Part shown: in pieces, positions 8,077-16,984 of the stretch
Layout: each line of letters begins with the position of its first letter
How positions within the stretch are numbered: position 1 is the first letter of the stretch
Assembly: GCA_013377095.1 (NCBI GenBank)
Contig: JACAAY010000094.1
Location: forward strand, 1-19,805
Length of the DNA: 19,805 nucleotides
Direction: 5' to 3'
Source: Desulfuromonadales bacterium
GTDB taxonomy: Bacteria > Desulfobacterota > Desulfuromonadia > Geobacterales > Pseudopelobacteraceae
Made by a program: the position numbers and the translations under genes
The notes under the pieces: generated by a model
Database searches by the model: none
Told to the model about the DNA's origin: nothing
The model's input: only the letters and a program-made list of their open reading frames with translations

Positions 8077-8841
8077 TCAAACCGCAAGAATTCTCGAAAT
8101 GAATCTCCCCACATGCTCGAAATATGTTTCCTCATTTACTTCCATGATGTTGTTGTGATCTCCCCGTTCGAAAAGCACCAGCTCTTTCGGTTCGTTGGCC
8201 CAGTCATGGAGCAGTACGCCATGGGTACAGGGGACGATATCGTCGTTGCGGGTGTGCATCACCAGGGTCCGCCCCTGAAACAGGGCCAGTTTGTGCCTCT
8301 GATTCAAGGCTCTGTCCGTTTCTGTTCGCAGCGCTCCCAGCGTTGTGTTCAGCTGTCGCGGTTCCACGCGCATCAGTACACGTTCCAATGGATCCGCAAT
8401 GCCGCTCTCCAGGACCAGACCGGCCGCTTCGGGGTAGAGGGAGGCCGCGTGCGTCGCATAGATCGAACCGAGGGAACGGCCGAAAAAGATCAGGCGGGAC
8501 GGCTCCACGTTGCTGGCAGCAACAATGGCCGGGATGTCGTCAAGCATGGCTGCCAGACTGGGCTCTCCCTCTGACATGCCGTACCCGCGGTACTCCGCCA
8601 GTAACAGATTCACCCCCAGTTTTGCAATGCGCCCGGCAAAGTGATCCAGATAATCAGACACCGTCTCGCCATTGCCATGGAAGTGGATCATGGTCAGGCT
8701 GTTGGGAAACGACCGGTTGTACCAGCACCCCAGCATTCCCTCCTTTCCCTGCACGGGGAACGGGTCCGGAATCCTGTTCGGCCAGGCGTAGAAGAGTCGC
8801 GCGGAAAGGGTGGGATGGTCGAGGAGTGATACAAGTTTCAT
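8077..8841 (-). CDS. alpha/beta-fold serine hydrolase
   Basis: Nucleophile elbow GRSLGS (GxSxG) is present, with downstream Asp/His candidates (NDDIVP…GDHNNI). Length of 254 aa is typical of this fold. Confidence 0.75.
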   Translation of the reverse strand: MKLVSLLDHPTLSARLFYAWPNRIPDPFPVQGKEGMLGCWYNRSFPNSLTMIHFHGNGETVSDYLDHFAGRIAKLGVNLLLAEYRGYGMSEGEPSLAAMLDDIPAIVAASNVEPSRLIFFGRSLGSIYATHAASLYPEAAGLVLESGIADPLERVLMRVEPRQLNTTLGALRTETDRALNQRHKLALFQGRTLVMHTRNDDIVPCTHGVLLHDWANEPKELVLFERGDHNNIMEVNEETYFEHVGRFISRILAV

Positions 8842-8966
8842 CGGAGTGTCCCTGGGAGTCAGTGTAGTGTTTGCTCGGTTGCGGTGGATGATTTTCCAGG
8901 TTAAACGGTTTTACGTAAAAAGCAACTGTGCTACTATCAGCGCCATGTCACTGCAGGGGAAATACC

Positions 8967-11900
8967 ATGCTTGAACTGGATCATCTGCATATCGAACTAT
9001 CGGGAACGAACCTGATCGAAGCCAGCGCCGGGACTGGCAAGACCTATGCCATTGCCTGTCTCTATCTGCGCCTGCTGATTGAACGAGAGCTTACCCCGGA
9101 GCAGATCCTGGTGGTGACCTATACCGAGGCTGCCACAAAGGAGCTTCGTGGCCGGATCCGTACCCGGATCCGCGAAGCACTGTCAGTGCTGGATGGCGCC
9201 GCAAACGATGATCATTTTCTGATCGGATTGTGCGAACACGCCGAAAGCTTGAACGCCGGCAGAGGCAGGGCCAGGGAACTGCTCGACCGGGCGCTGACAT
9301 CCTTTGATACAGCCGCGATCTTTACCATCCACGGTTTCTGCCTGCGTGCCTTGCAGGACAATGCCTTTGAGAGCGGCTCTCTGTACGATACCGAACTGGT
9401 GACCGACCAGACAGCGCTTGTGCGGGAAATCGTGGATGACTTCTGGCGAATACGGTTTTTCAGTGAATCTGCACCGCTCCTGGGCTATGCGCTGCGTAAT
9501 GGTTTTACCTGCGACTATCTGATGTCCTTTCTCAGGGAGATCTGGGCTCATCCGCGTCTGAAGGTCATCCCCTGGTTCGAAACATCCGCTATTGCGATCA
9601 TCGAGAAAGACTGCCTGTCGGCATATGGGATGTTGAAGGAATACTGGAAAGAAGCAGGTTCTGAAATCCGGGAACTTGTTGCCACTGATAAAGGGCTGGG
9701 GCGGGCAGCCGATACCTATCGTCAGGACCTCTTGCCCCCGCTGTTTGCTGCCATGGATGCCTTTGTGGCCGGTGACAACCCCTATGATCTCTTCGCGGAT
9801 TTTGATAAATTTTGCAGTGGCTGGATGGAAAAAAAGAAGCTGAAAAAGTACTCCCCGCCGCGGCACGGCTTCTTCGACTGCTGCCAGGTACTTCAGGACA
9901 CTGTGCGCACGCGCTTTCTGGCTTTGCGCGTGGAACTGATCCACTTCTGCCGGGAACGGCTGCCACTGCGGAAACGGGAACGCAATATCCGTTTTTTTGA
10001 CGATCTGCTGGGTGACCTGTATCTGGGGCTGAACAGCGAAAACGGTCCGCTCTTCACCGCAACACTGCGGGAAAAATACCGGGCAGCACTGATTGATGAA
10101 TTTCAGGACACCGACCCGGTTCAGTACGATATTTTCAGGAAGATCTACTCCACCGGCAGCTGTCCGCTTTTCCTGATCGGTGACCCGAAGCAGGCCATTT
10201 ACAGTTTTCGTGGGGCTGACATCTTTGCCTATATGCAGGCAGCACGGAATGTGCCACGGGAGAAGCGCTTTACCCTGACCGCCAACTGGCGTTCGACCCC
10301 ACGTCTGCTGACCGCCTTCAACTCGGTTTTTGACAACATCCGGCAGCCGTTTGTCTATGACCGCATCAGCTACCACCCGCTTTCATCGGGCAGAGCGGAT
10401 GCCGGAAAAAAACTGACAATTGCCGGCAGCGACAGCAGCGGGCTTCACCTGTGGTACATGCCGGCCGATTATGACGGCACACCGATCAACGTTGGCAGAG
10501 CCAATCAGCGTGTACCGCAGGCGGTTGCCGCTGAAATCGCCCGACTTCTGCGGCAGGGAGCCGAAGGTACGGCCCTGATAGGGGACAGGGCGCTCGCCCC
10601 AAGGGATATGGCGGTGATTGTGCGCAGCCACCGCCAAGCCGGTCTGATTCAGGATGCCCTGAGAGCACTGGACATTCCCAGCGTCATGCGCAGCGATATG
10701 AGCATCTTTGCCACCGATGAGGCCCGCCAGGTTTTTGCGCTGCTGCGTGCCCTGGCTGATCCGGGCAATGAGACACAGGTGCGGGCGGCCCTGGTAACCG
10801 ATATTCTGGGCCGGTCGGGCAATGACATTGCCGCGATCAACGAGGATGAAACGGCCTGGGAGCATTGTCTGGAGTCGTTTCGCGAATACCATCACACCTG
10901 GCTTGAGCGCGGCTTCATGGTCATGAGCCAGTTCCTGATGGCGCGGGAGGGGGTACGAGGACGACTTCTGCGTCACCCGGACGGTGAACGGCGGCTGACC
11001 AATCTGCTGCACTGTTTTGATCTGATCCACCACAAGGCCCTTGAGGTGGGTCTGGGCATGGAAGGTCTGATCACCTGGTTCGGCGAGCGCATCGCCGCCA
11101 ACGATTCGGCCGAGGAATACCAGATCCGTCTGGAAACCGACGAGATGGCGGTCAAGATCGTGACGATCCACGTCTCCAAGGGACTGGAATACCCGGTCGT
11201 GTTCTGCCCCTTCCTGTGGGGCGGGGTGCGGGGTAACGACGAGGTGGTTGCCTTCCACGAAGATGACACCATGGTCAAGGATTTCGGTTCTCCCGACTAT
11301 GACCGTCACCGGACCCTGGCGCAGAAGGAGACACTTGCAGAAAACCTGCGTCTGCTCTATGTGGCCCTTACCAGGGCGCAGTACTGCTGCTATCTCTGTG
11401 CCGGAAAGATCAACGACAGAACCCGGAAAAACCGTCCCGAAACATCGCCCCTGTCCTATCTCTTCCATGCCAGTGCTGAAACCCGAACTGCGGATGATCT
11501 GGTCGGCGCCCTGGCCAGTGAAGTTTCAGATCTCGACCAGGTTCAGGTGGTGAACCAGTTGCGGGATTTTGCGGGGCTGAGTGATGAAAACATCTCCGTG
11601 TCGCCTTTGCCCGAGACGGTTGCGGTCGTCCCCGATTTCACCTGGAGCGTCCAGGGGAGCGTGCCTGTCTGCCGGGCGTTTGCGGGTAGAGTTTCCGGAG
11701 ATTGGCGTGTGGCCAGTTTTACGTCGTTCTCAGCCCACGGAAAGACGGCAATCGAACAGCCCGACCGGGACGAAATCGGGGAGCAGCTGACAATTGCGGC
11801 TGAACCGGATGGGCTGCCAACGGGACGCAGTATCTTCAGTTTTCCCCGAGGTGCCCAGGCCGGTATTTTCCTGCATGGCATATTTGAAACGTTGGATTTT

Positions 11901-12575
11901 TACCGCCCCGATCCCGACCTGATCACCTCCCAGGTGACAGAGGGATTGGAGAAGTACGGTTATGATGCGGAGTGGCTCCCCCACGTCCGCAGCATGGTCT
12001 CGGCTGTCATCACGACACCCTTGGCATCGCCCGAGGGAGCATTTACCCTGTCCGGCCTTGAACGGGGGAGCTGGCTTTCAGAACTGGAATTTTTCTTTCC
12101 TCTCAATTTTCTCACACCGGAACATCTGGGCAGTTGTCTCCTGAAATGGGGGGCGCAGCATTCGGTAGCCGATCTTGGCCGGATCAGCTCTGGCCTGGAC
12201 TTCAAGCCGGTGCGGGGCATGGTCAGGGGCTTTATGGATATGGTGTTCCATCGGGGGGGCAGGTATTACCTGGTGGACTGGAAATCGAACCACCTGGGGT
12301 ATCGTCTGGAGGATTATGGTCGGGAGGCACTCACAACAGCCATGGAGCGCAATCTGTATCCGCTCCAATATCTGCTCTACACGGTGGCCCTCAACCGCTA
12401 CCTCTCATTGCGGGTGCCTGCCTATGATTACGAATCACATTTTGGCGGGGTTCTGTACGTGTTTCTGCGGGGAGCTTCTCCTGAACATGGCGAACAGTTC
12501 GGTTTTTTCCGGGACCTGCCGTCCAGGGAGCTGATTGATGATCTGACGGATTGCCTGGTTCAGGCGGGGGGATAG
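8967..12575 (+). CDS. recB: exodeoxyribonuclease V beta subunit RecB (SF1 helicase plus PD-(D/E)XK nuclease)
   Basis: Walker A is ASAGTGKTY. TIHGFCLRAL, IDEFQDTD, GDPKQAIYSFRGAD and VTIHVSKGLEYPVV helicase motifs are present. The C-terminal nuclease motif GFMDMVFHRGGRYYLVDWKSN is collinear with E. coli RecB. ATG at 8967 follows AGGGGAA. Confidence 0.9.
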   Translation: MLELDHLHIELSGTNLIEASAGTGKTYAIACLYLRLLIERELTPEQILVVTYTEAATKELRGRIRTRIREALSVLDGAANDDHFLIGLCEHAESLNAGRGRARELLDRALTSFDTAAIFTIHGFCLRALQDNAFESGSLYDTELVTDQTALVREIVDDFWRIRFFSESAPLLGYALRNGFTCDYLMSFLREIWAHPRLKVIPWFETSAIAIIEKDCLSAYGMLKEYWKEAGSEIRELVATDKGLGRAADTYRQDLLPPLFAAMDAFVAGDNPYDLFADFDKFCSGWMEKKKLKKYSPPRHGFFDCCQVLQDTVRTRFLALRVELIHFCRERLPLRKRERNIRFFDDLLGDLYLGLNSENGPLFTATLREKYRAALIDEFQDTDPVQYDIFRKIYSTGSCPLFLIGDPKQAIYSFRGADIFAYMQAARNVPREKRFTLTANWRSTPRLLTAFNSVFDNIRQPFVYDRISYHPLSSGRADAGKKLTIAGSDSSGLHLWYMPADYDGTPINVGRANQRVPQAVAAEIARLLRQGAEGTALIGDRALAPRDMAVIVRSHRQAGLIQDALRALDIPSVMRSDMSIFATDEARQVFALLRALADPGNETQVRAALVTDILGRSGNDIAAINEDETAWEHCLESFREYHHTWLERGFMVMSQFLMAREGVRGRLLRHPDGERRLTNLLHCFDLIHHKALEVGLGMEGLITWFGERIAANDSAEEYQIRLETDEMAVKIVTIHVSKGLEYPVVFCPFLWGGVRGNDEVVAFHEDDTMVKDFGSPDYDRHRTLAQKETLAENLRLLYVALTRAQYCCYLCAGKINDRTRKNRPETSPLSYLFHASAETRTADDLVGALASEVSDLDQVQVVNQLRDFAGLSDENISVSPLPETVAVVPDFTWSVQGSVPVCRAFAGRVSGDWRVASFTSFSAHGKTAIEQPDRDEIGEQLTIAAEPDGLPTGRSIFSFPRGAQAGIFLHGIFETLDFYRPDPDLITSQVTEGLEKYGYDAEWLPHVRSMVSAVITTPLASPEGAFTLSGLERGSWLSELEFFFPLNFLTPEHLGSCLLKWGAQHSVADLGRISSGLDFKPVRGMVRGFMDMVFHRGGRYYLVDWKSNHLGYRLEDYGREALTTAMERNLYPLQYLLYTVALNRYLSLRVPAYDYESHFGGVLYVFLRGASPEHGEQFGFFRDLPSRELIDDLTDCLVQAGG

Positions 12576-12577
12576 GG

Positions 12578-14392
12578 GTGGCAACGGATTTTAAACTGAG
12601 CGCGATTGATCGGAGTTTTGCCGATTTCATCTGCCGGGAGTCGGGAAACGCTCCTCCCGTACTCTGGCGGCTGGCCTCCCTGGTGAGCAGCATGGTGGCC
12701 AACGCCAGCATCTGTCTGGATCTGGCCGATATTGGCGGCAGGCTTATCCGTGTCAATGGCGAGGATCTCGCCATGCCCCCCCTGGACGACTTGCGGGAAA
12801 TTCTGCGGAAAACAGCCGTGGTCGGCTCTCCCGGTGATTTTCGCCCCCTGATTCTCGACGATGGTGACCGGCTCTATCTCTACCGCTACTGGAAGTACGA
12901 GCGCGATCTGGCGCGGGTTGTCCTGGAAAAGGCTGCCAGCAACTGTGTCTTGCCCGATCCGGGGCTGCTTTCCTCGGGTTTTGGCAGGCTTTTTCCCGCA
13001 ACGGGGGAGGGGATTGACTGGCAGCAGGCAGCTGCTCTGGCAGCACTGCGGAAACGGTTCTGTATCATATCCGGCGGACCGGGGACCGGCAAGACTTCGA
13101 CCGTGGTCAAGATACTGGCGCTGCTGCTGGAACAGGCCAAAGGTCAGCCGTTGCGCATCGCTCTGGCAGCCCCCACCGGCAAGGCAGCGGCGCGCCTGAT
13201 GGAGTCCATCAATCGCATGAAAGCGGGACTGGCCTGTGAGGAGAGTGTCAAGGAGCTGATTCCCCGCGATGTCTCGACCATCCATCGTCTGTTGGGAGCA
13301 CGGCACGCTTCGGTGCGGTTCCGCTATTCGGAGCTGAACCCCCTGCCGTTCGACATGGTGATCGTTGATGAAGCATCCATGGTGGCATTGCCGCTGATGG
13401 CCAAGCTGGCCGTGGCGCTCAAGCAGGAAGCCCGGCTGATCCTGCTGGGGGATCGTGACCAGCTGGCCTCGGTGGAGGCGGGGGCGGTGCTGGGTGACCT
13501 GTGCGGCGCCGGACGGAGGGAGCTGTTTTCAGCGGAGTTCCGCACCCTTCATGCCGCCCTGTGCGGCGCAAACATGCCGATGGAGGTTGACGGTGAGACG
13601 ACACCGCCACTCGGAGATTCCCTGGTTGTTCTGAAAAAAAACTACCGATTTCGAGATGAGAGCGGTATCGGGGCGCTGGCCATGCTGATCAACGGCGGTC
13701 GGGGAGCAGAGGCCTTGGCTTTGATCGGATCCTCTGGCAGCGCTGATCTGACCTGGCGCGCTGTCCCTCCGGCGGACGGGCTCAAAAAGGCTCTGGTCGA
13801 CATCATTATCGACGGCTATGGTTCCTTCCTAACGGCAGGCAGCGCCCGCGAGGCCTTGCAGCGTTTCGATGGCTTCAGGGTGCTCTGCGCCATGCGTCAG
13901 GGGCCCTATGGCGTCTCAAGCATCAATGCGCTGGTGGAGGAGATACTCGCGTCAAAGGGGCTGATCGAGCCGCACAAGCGCTGGTACCGCGGACGGCCGG
14001 TGATGGTTACGGCCAATGACTACAACCTGAAGCTGTTCAACGGCGATATCGGAATCGTCTTTCCCGATCCCGATGCGGACGGCAAAGCGCTGGTCCATTT
14101 TCCAACCCCTGAAGGCGATGTTCGCACGGTTTCGCCGCTCAGGCTTCCGGCGCACGAAACGGTCTATGCCATGACAATCCACAAGAGTCAGGGCTCTGAA
14201 TTTGAGCGGCTCCTGATGCTGCTTCCCGCCCACGATGTGGACGTTGTGACCAGGGAGTTGATCTACACCGGCATCACCCGGGCCAGGAGCCGGGTAGAAA
14301 TCTGGGGAAGGGACGATCTGTTTGTAACGGCGGTTGCGCGTAAAATTGAACGGAAATCCGGACTCAGTGAGGCGTTGTGGCCAGGTTGCTGA
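12578..14392 (+). CDS. recD: exodeoxyribonuclease V alpha subunit RecD
   Basis: Walker A is GGPGTGKT. LLGDRDQLASVEAGAVLGDLC and AMTIHKSQGSEFE match RecD signature motifs. GTG at 12578 is 2 nt after the recB TAG, with GGCGGGGGGA upstream. An in-frame TTG at 12551 is an alternative start. Confidence 0.88.
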   Translation: MATDFKLSAIDRSFADFICRESGNAPPVLWRLASLVSSMVANASICLDLADIGGRLIRVNGEDLAMPPLDDLREILRKTAVVGSPGDFRPLILDDGDRLYLYRYWKYERDLARVVLEKAASNCVLPDPGLLSSGFGRLFPATGEGIDWQQAAALAALRKRFCIISGGPGTGKTSTVVKILALLLEQAKGQPLRIALAAPTGKAAARLMESINRMKAGLACEESVKELIPRDVSTIHRLLGARHASVRFRYSELNPLPFDMVIVDEASMVALPLMAKLAVALKQEARLILLGDRDQLASVEAGAVLGDLCGAGRRELFSAEFRTLHAALCGANMPMEVDGETTPPLGDSLVVLKKNYRFRDESGIGALAMLINGGRGAEALALIGSSGSADLTWRAVPPADGLKKALVDIIIDGYGSFLTAGSAREALQRFDGFRVLCAMRQGPYGVSSINALVEEILASKGLIEPHKRWYRGRPVMVTANDYNLKLFNGDIGIVFPDPDADGKALVHFPTPEGDVRTVSPLRLPAHETVYAMTIHKSQGSEFERLLMLLPAHDVDVVTRELIYTGITRARSRVEIWGRDDLFVTAVARKIERKSGLSEALWPGC

Positions 14393-14464
14393 GATATGCA
14401 ACGGGTCTGACACGTGGCATGGCAGACCCGCATGCGGGTCAATTTGAAACGTACGTACTAACGA

Positions 14465-15001
14465 TCAATACTTGCCATCCACCAGTTCAAAATATGCACG
14501 GGGATGTTTGCAGACCGGGCAGATCTCCAGCGCCTGCAAAGCTTCATGGATGTGTCCGCAATTGCGGCATCGCCAGAGAGCCGGTTCTTTTTGGGCAAAG
14601 AATGTGTCAGTTTCAAGTTCTTTGAGCAGCATGCTGTAACGCTCCTGGTGTGCCTTTTCGATTTTGCCGATGGCTTCCAGGGTAAAGGCTATCTCAGGAA
14701 AACCCTCATCCCGCGCCTCCTTGGCCATACGTGGGTACATATCGGTGTATTCGTCGGTTTCACCCGCTGCAGCGGCCCGCAGATTGTCTGTGGTGGAGCC
14801 GATTCCCTGTAAATACTTCAGGTGCAGCTTGGCGTGCTCCTTTTCGTTGTCGGCGGTTTCCAGGAAGATGGCTGCGATCTTTTCAAAGCCTTCCTTTTTA
14901 GCGACCGAGGCAAAGAAGGTGTACTTGTTGCGCGCCTGTGATTCTCCGGCAAAGGCGGCGGCGAGGTTTTTTTCGGTTTTGGTTCCCTTGAGATCTTTCA
15001 T
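14465..15001 (-). CDS. rbr: rubrerythrin (diiron domain plus C-terminal rubredoxin-like CxxC…CxxC)
   Basis: MKDLKGTKTEKNLAAAFAGESQARNKY is the canonical rubrerythrin N-terminus. The C-terminus reads CRNCGH…CPVCKH. AAGGAG precedes the ATG at 15001. The ATG at 15016 lacks an RBS. Confidence 0.9.
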   Translation of the reverse strand: MKDLKGTKTEKNLAAAFAGESQARNKYTFFASVAKKEGFEKIAAIFLETADNEKEHAKLHLKYLQGIGSTTDNLRAAAAGETDEYTDMYPRMAKEARDEGFPEIAFTLEAIGKIEKAHQERYSMLLKELETDTFFAQKEPALWRCRNCGHIHEALQALEICPVCKHPRAYFELVDGKY

Positions 15002-15150
15002 GCGAGACTCCTTCATCCGTGTGTGGTTGATTTCCTGGGCGCCAGGGAGTGCCGATGTTCCTGGAGCGGCGCTGGTTCGCCTGATCGCCAGCAGTGCCTC
15101 AAGAGTACAACCGAGAGATTGAATGTCAAGCTGATAGTGGGAGGGACGAG

Positions 15151-15423
15151 ATGCAGATACTCTTGATGGTGTGGAATGGAATAAACGGTCATGGTGTGGG
15201 GACCATTTTCCTGAAAGGGCTCTTCATAATGGCGCTCGCGTCCATATTCTGGATGTTGTGCGAACTGATAAAATACATGGCGAATGTGCTAGCCAAGTTG
15301 GTCGTAGATAGCTTCAGGTATCTGGCGATTATTATCAGAGGGTGGCCTACTACGCAGGGTGAAGACGGCAACGAATCGGGTGGTGTGTCACGCGGGGAGC
15401 GTAGTGAGAGAGGGGAGCACTGA
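15151..15423 (+). CDS. small hydrophobic (2-TM) hypothetical protein; its C-terminal segment is duplicated at ~17042
   Basis: ATG at 15151 follows GGGAGGGA. Two hydrophobic stretches are visible (GTIFLKGLFIMALASIFWML, MANVLAKLVVDSFRYLAIII). Comparison with the downstream repeat copy shows mostly synonymous or conservative changes in this frame. Confidence 0.3.
   Translation: MQILLMVWNGINGHGVGTIFLKGLFIMALASIFWMLCELIKYMANVLAKLVVDSFRYLAIIIRGWPTTQGEDGNESGGVSRGERSERGEH
15228..15350 (+). repeat. copy A of ~120-bp imperfect direct repeat (~75% identity to 16985-17107)
   Basis: attctggatgttgtgcgaactgataaaatacATGgcgaatgtgctagccaagttggtc… matches attctggttagtgtgagaattggtaatatacATGtcaaatgtagttgccaaattggtt…. 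Confidence 0.5.
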
Positions 15424-15441
15424 AAGGAGTAGCCCCTTCAC

Positions 15442-15696
15442 CTAAACGCGGACAGAAAACTCCGCCTTCAAGGCTTGTTTCTCTTCAAAGGTCACCGGCT
15501 GGGACGGTTTCTTTATTGTTTCTACATTTTGGGCGTCAGGATGCTCGGAGGAAAGCGTAACGACATCATCCGGCGGGATATCTGTTTTGGCTTGTTTCTG
15601 AGACGACACGAGTTTTTTGTTCTGCGCAACCAGCTTTTTCTGTTCCAGATATTCCGTAGTGAGTGGGGTTTTTGTCTGTATCTTTGGAGGTGTCAT
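15442..15696 (-). CDS. hypothetical Lys/Gln-rich low-complexity protein (84 aa)
   Basis: ORF has a weak GGAA RBS. No motif is present. Confidence 0.3.
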   Translation of the reverse strand: MTPPKIQTKTPLTTEYLEQKKLVAQNKKLVSSQKQAKTDIPPDDVVTLSSEHPDAQNVETIKKPSQPVTFEEKQALKAEFSVRV

Positions 15697-15767
15697 AAGC
15701 GATGTTCCATTTCACTTCTGGTTGGGCAACGTAGTACCTACTATATACCAATGCGACCGATTGGGCG

Positions 15768-15800
15768 AAAAAAAAGGACTTGGCATCGTTGCCAAGTCCT
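15768..15800 (-). terminator. rho-independent terminator downstream of tRNA-Ala (minus strand)
   Basis: The minus strand reads GGACTTGGCAacgaTGCCAAGTCC (a 10-bp stem) followed by TTTTTTTTT. It lies immediately 3' of the tRNA. Confidence 0.6.
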
Positions 15801-15810
15801 TGATTTATTT

Positions 15811-15886
15811 TGGTGGAGCTGAACAGGATCGAACTGTCGACCTCTTGACTGCCAGTCAAGCGCTCTCCCAGCTGAGCTACAGCCCC
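15811..15886 (-). tRNA. tRNA-Ala (anticodon GGC)
   Basis: The reverse complement is GGGGCTGTAGCTCAGCTGGGAGAGCGCTTGACTGGCAGTCAAGAGGTCGACAGTTCGATCCTGTTCAGCTCCACCA. It folds as a cloverleaf with anticodon loop CTGGCAG, the G3:U70 Ala identity pair, a GTTCGATCC T-arm and an encoded CCA. Confidence 0.9.
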
Positions 15887-16005
15887 ACAAAGGAAACCCG
15901 TTTCTACCAGATCACCCGTATGAAGTCAATATTTTTTTGTCGCACAATTACTATGAGCTTTGCTCTTGACTGCGTCATGGCTTTTGCAGTATTGTTCTTC
16001 CCCAC

Positions 16006-16091
16006 GCCAGAGTGGTGGAACGGTATACACAGCAGACTCAAAATCTGCCGCCTGTGAGGGCTTGTCGGTTCGAATCCGACCTCTGGTACCA
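16006..16091 (+). tRNA. tRNA-Leu (anticodon CAA), class II with long variable arm
   Basis: GCCAGAGTGGTGGAACGGTATACACAGCAGACTCAAAATCTGCCGCCTGTGAGGGCTTGTCGGTTCGAATCCGACCTCTGGTACCA. It has a Leu-type D-loop, anticodon loop CTCAAAA, a ~15-nt variable arm and a GGTTCGAATCC T-arm. Confidence 0.85.
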
Positions 16092-16099
16092 ACAAATAC

Positions 16100-16134
16100 A
16101 AGGCTTTACGGGTTACCCTGTAAAGCCTTTTGTG
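16100..16134 (+). terminator. hairpin terminator after tRNA-Leu
   Basis: aaggctttacgggttaccctgtaaagcctt has a 13-14-bp stem with one bulge, followed by ttgtg. The T-tract is weak. Confidence 0.45.
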
Positions 16135-16378
16135 CGTCTGAAGTGTTTTAGTGCAGATTTGATGCAGTCATCTATCAGTATTTTACCTCAGGCGACATGT
16201 CGTGTGCCCCGAATACATGAGACATGTTGATATGGACCAGGCGCGGAAATTGAATCTTTCCATCAGGATTGCCCTTGGCTATAACACCATAGTTTTGAGG
16301 AACGGGACGCCTTGGGGTACTGGGTGTGCTATTACGTGGTTCGGCGGGTATTTGGTTCAAGCTGTTACGAATTTGATG

Positions 16379-16699
16379 TCAGATACTGTCGTGACCACTC
16401 TTTTTTCTTTCTCCAGGCATTGGGTATTTGTGATACAGGACCCGTTTTATTTGCTCCGATTGTTCTATGCAGTCACGCGTGATTCTGTCTTGCATGTCAA
16501 AACCGGCTCTGTTTCTATTTCTCAAGTACATGGCACCGTGTTCAAATGAATTCATGAATTCTTTGTTGTTTGCCCTTAATGCTGCTTTCAGCTCTTCTTT
16601 GCTCATGGAATTCAGTGCTGAGTATTCGTATTTCATACAACTTGCCGAGGCGCTCAGAGGAATCATAAGCAATGCAGTAACTACGACCATTCTTTTCAT
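16379..16699 (-). CDS. small secreted hypothetical protein (106 aa, signal peptide, 3 Cys)
   Basis: AAAGGGGGGAT RBS is present. The N-terminus MKRMVVVTALLMIPLSASASC is a signal peptide. An AT-rich promoter region lies at 16700-16840. Confidence 0.55.
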   Translation of the reverse strand: MKRMVVVTALLMIPLSASASCMKYEYSALNSMSKEELKAALRANNKEFMNSFEHGAMYLRNRNRAGFDMQDRITRDCIEQSEQIKRVLYHKYPMPGERKKSGHDSI

Positions 16700-16984
16700 A
16701 ATCCCCCCTTTTTATAGTGACATCCCGGTTTTTCGTGAAGTTCTTGCCACCTCTAAAATCGTACCTCCATACCTTTGAAATACAAGGGTATTTAATGTTT
16801 TTTTCCATTCTGGAAAGTTGGTACAAAAAGGCTGGAATCCATGGCGGAAACCGGCCTTTTCTCGCTGTATATTCAACCAGATTCAACTGACCTATCCTGG
16901 GTGAGTTCTGCCGCTGCAAAGCCTGGAGTGTCCTGGCAACGCACTGGTGCCTCATCAGCAATCACCAGGACATCAAGTCCTGCA

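Noticed and set aside
8053-8867. Plus-strand ORFs 8053-8574 and 8343-8867 overlapping the hydrolase gene
   Set aside because: They are antisense to a gene with a GxSxG hydrolase signature. The first starts inside the terminator hairpin. Both are Arg/Pro/Gly-rich artefacts.
8880-8966. Possible sigma-70 promoter for recB (TTACGT…TACTAT)
   Set aside because: The spacer is 14 nt, not 16-18, and the -35 match is poor. I am not confident enough to annotate it.
9183-11468. Two long minus-strand ORFs (397 and 361 aa) opposite recB
   Set aside because: They are antisense to a gene with unambiguous RecB motifs. Their products are Gly/Arg/Pro/Gln-rich nonsense with no start context. This is a high-GC frame artefact.
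12560-13306. 248-aa minus-strand ORF opposite recD, plus small Pro/Arg-rich ORFs 12753-13199
   Set aside because: It is antisense to the RecD Walker-A region. It is a high-GC artefact.
16202-16549. 115-aa plus ORF and 61-aa minus ORF (16175-16360) between tRNA-Leu and the secreted-protein gene
   Set aside because: The plus ORF overlaps the better-supported minus-strand signal-peptide gene. Neither has an RBS or a motif. The region may instead be 3' UTR or a promoter.
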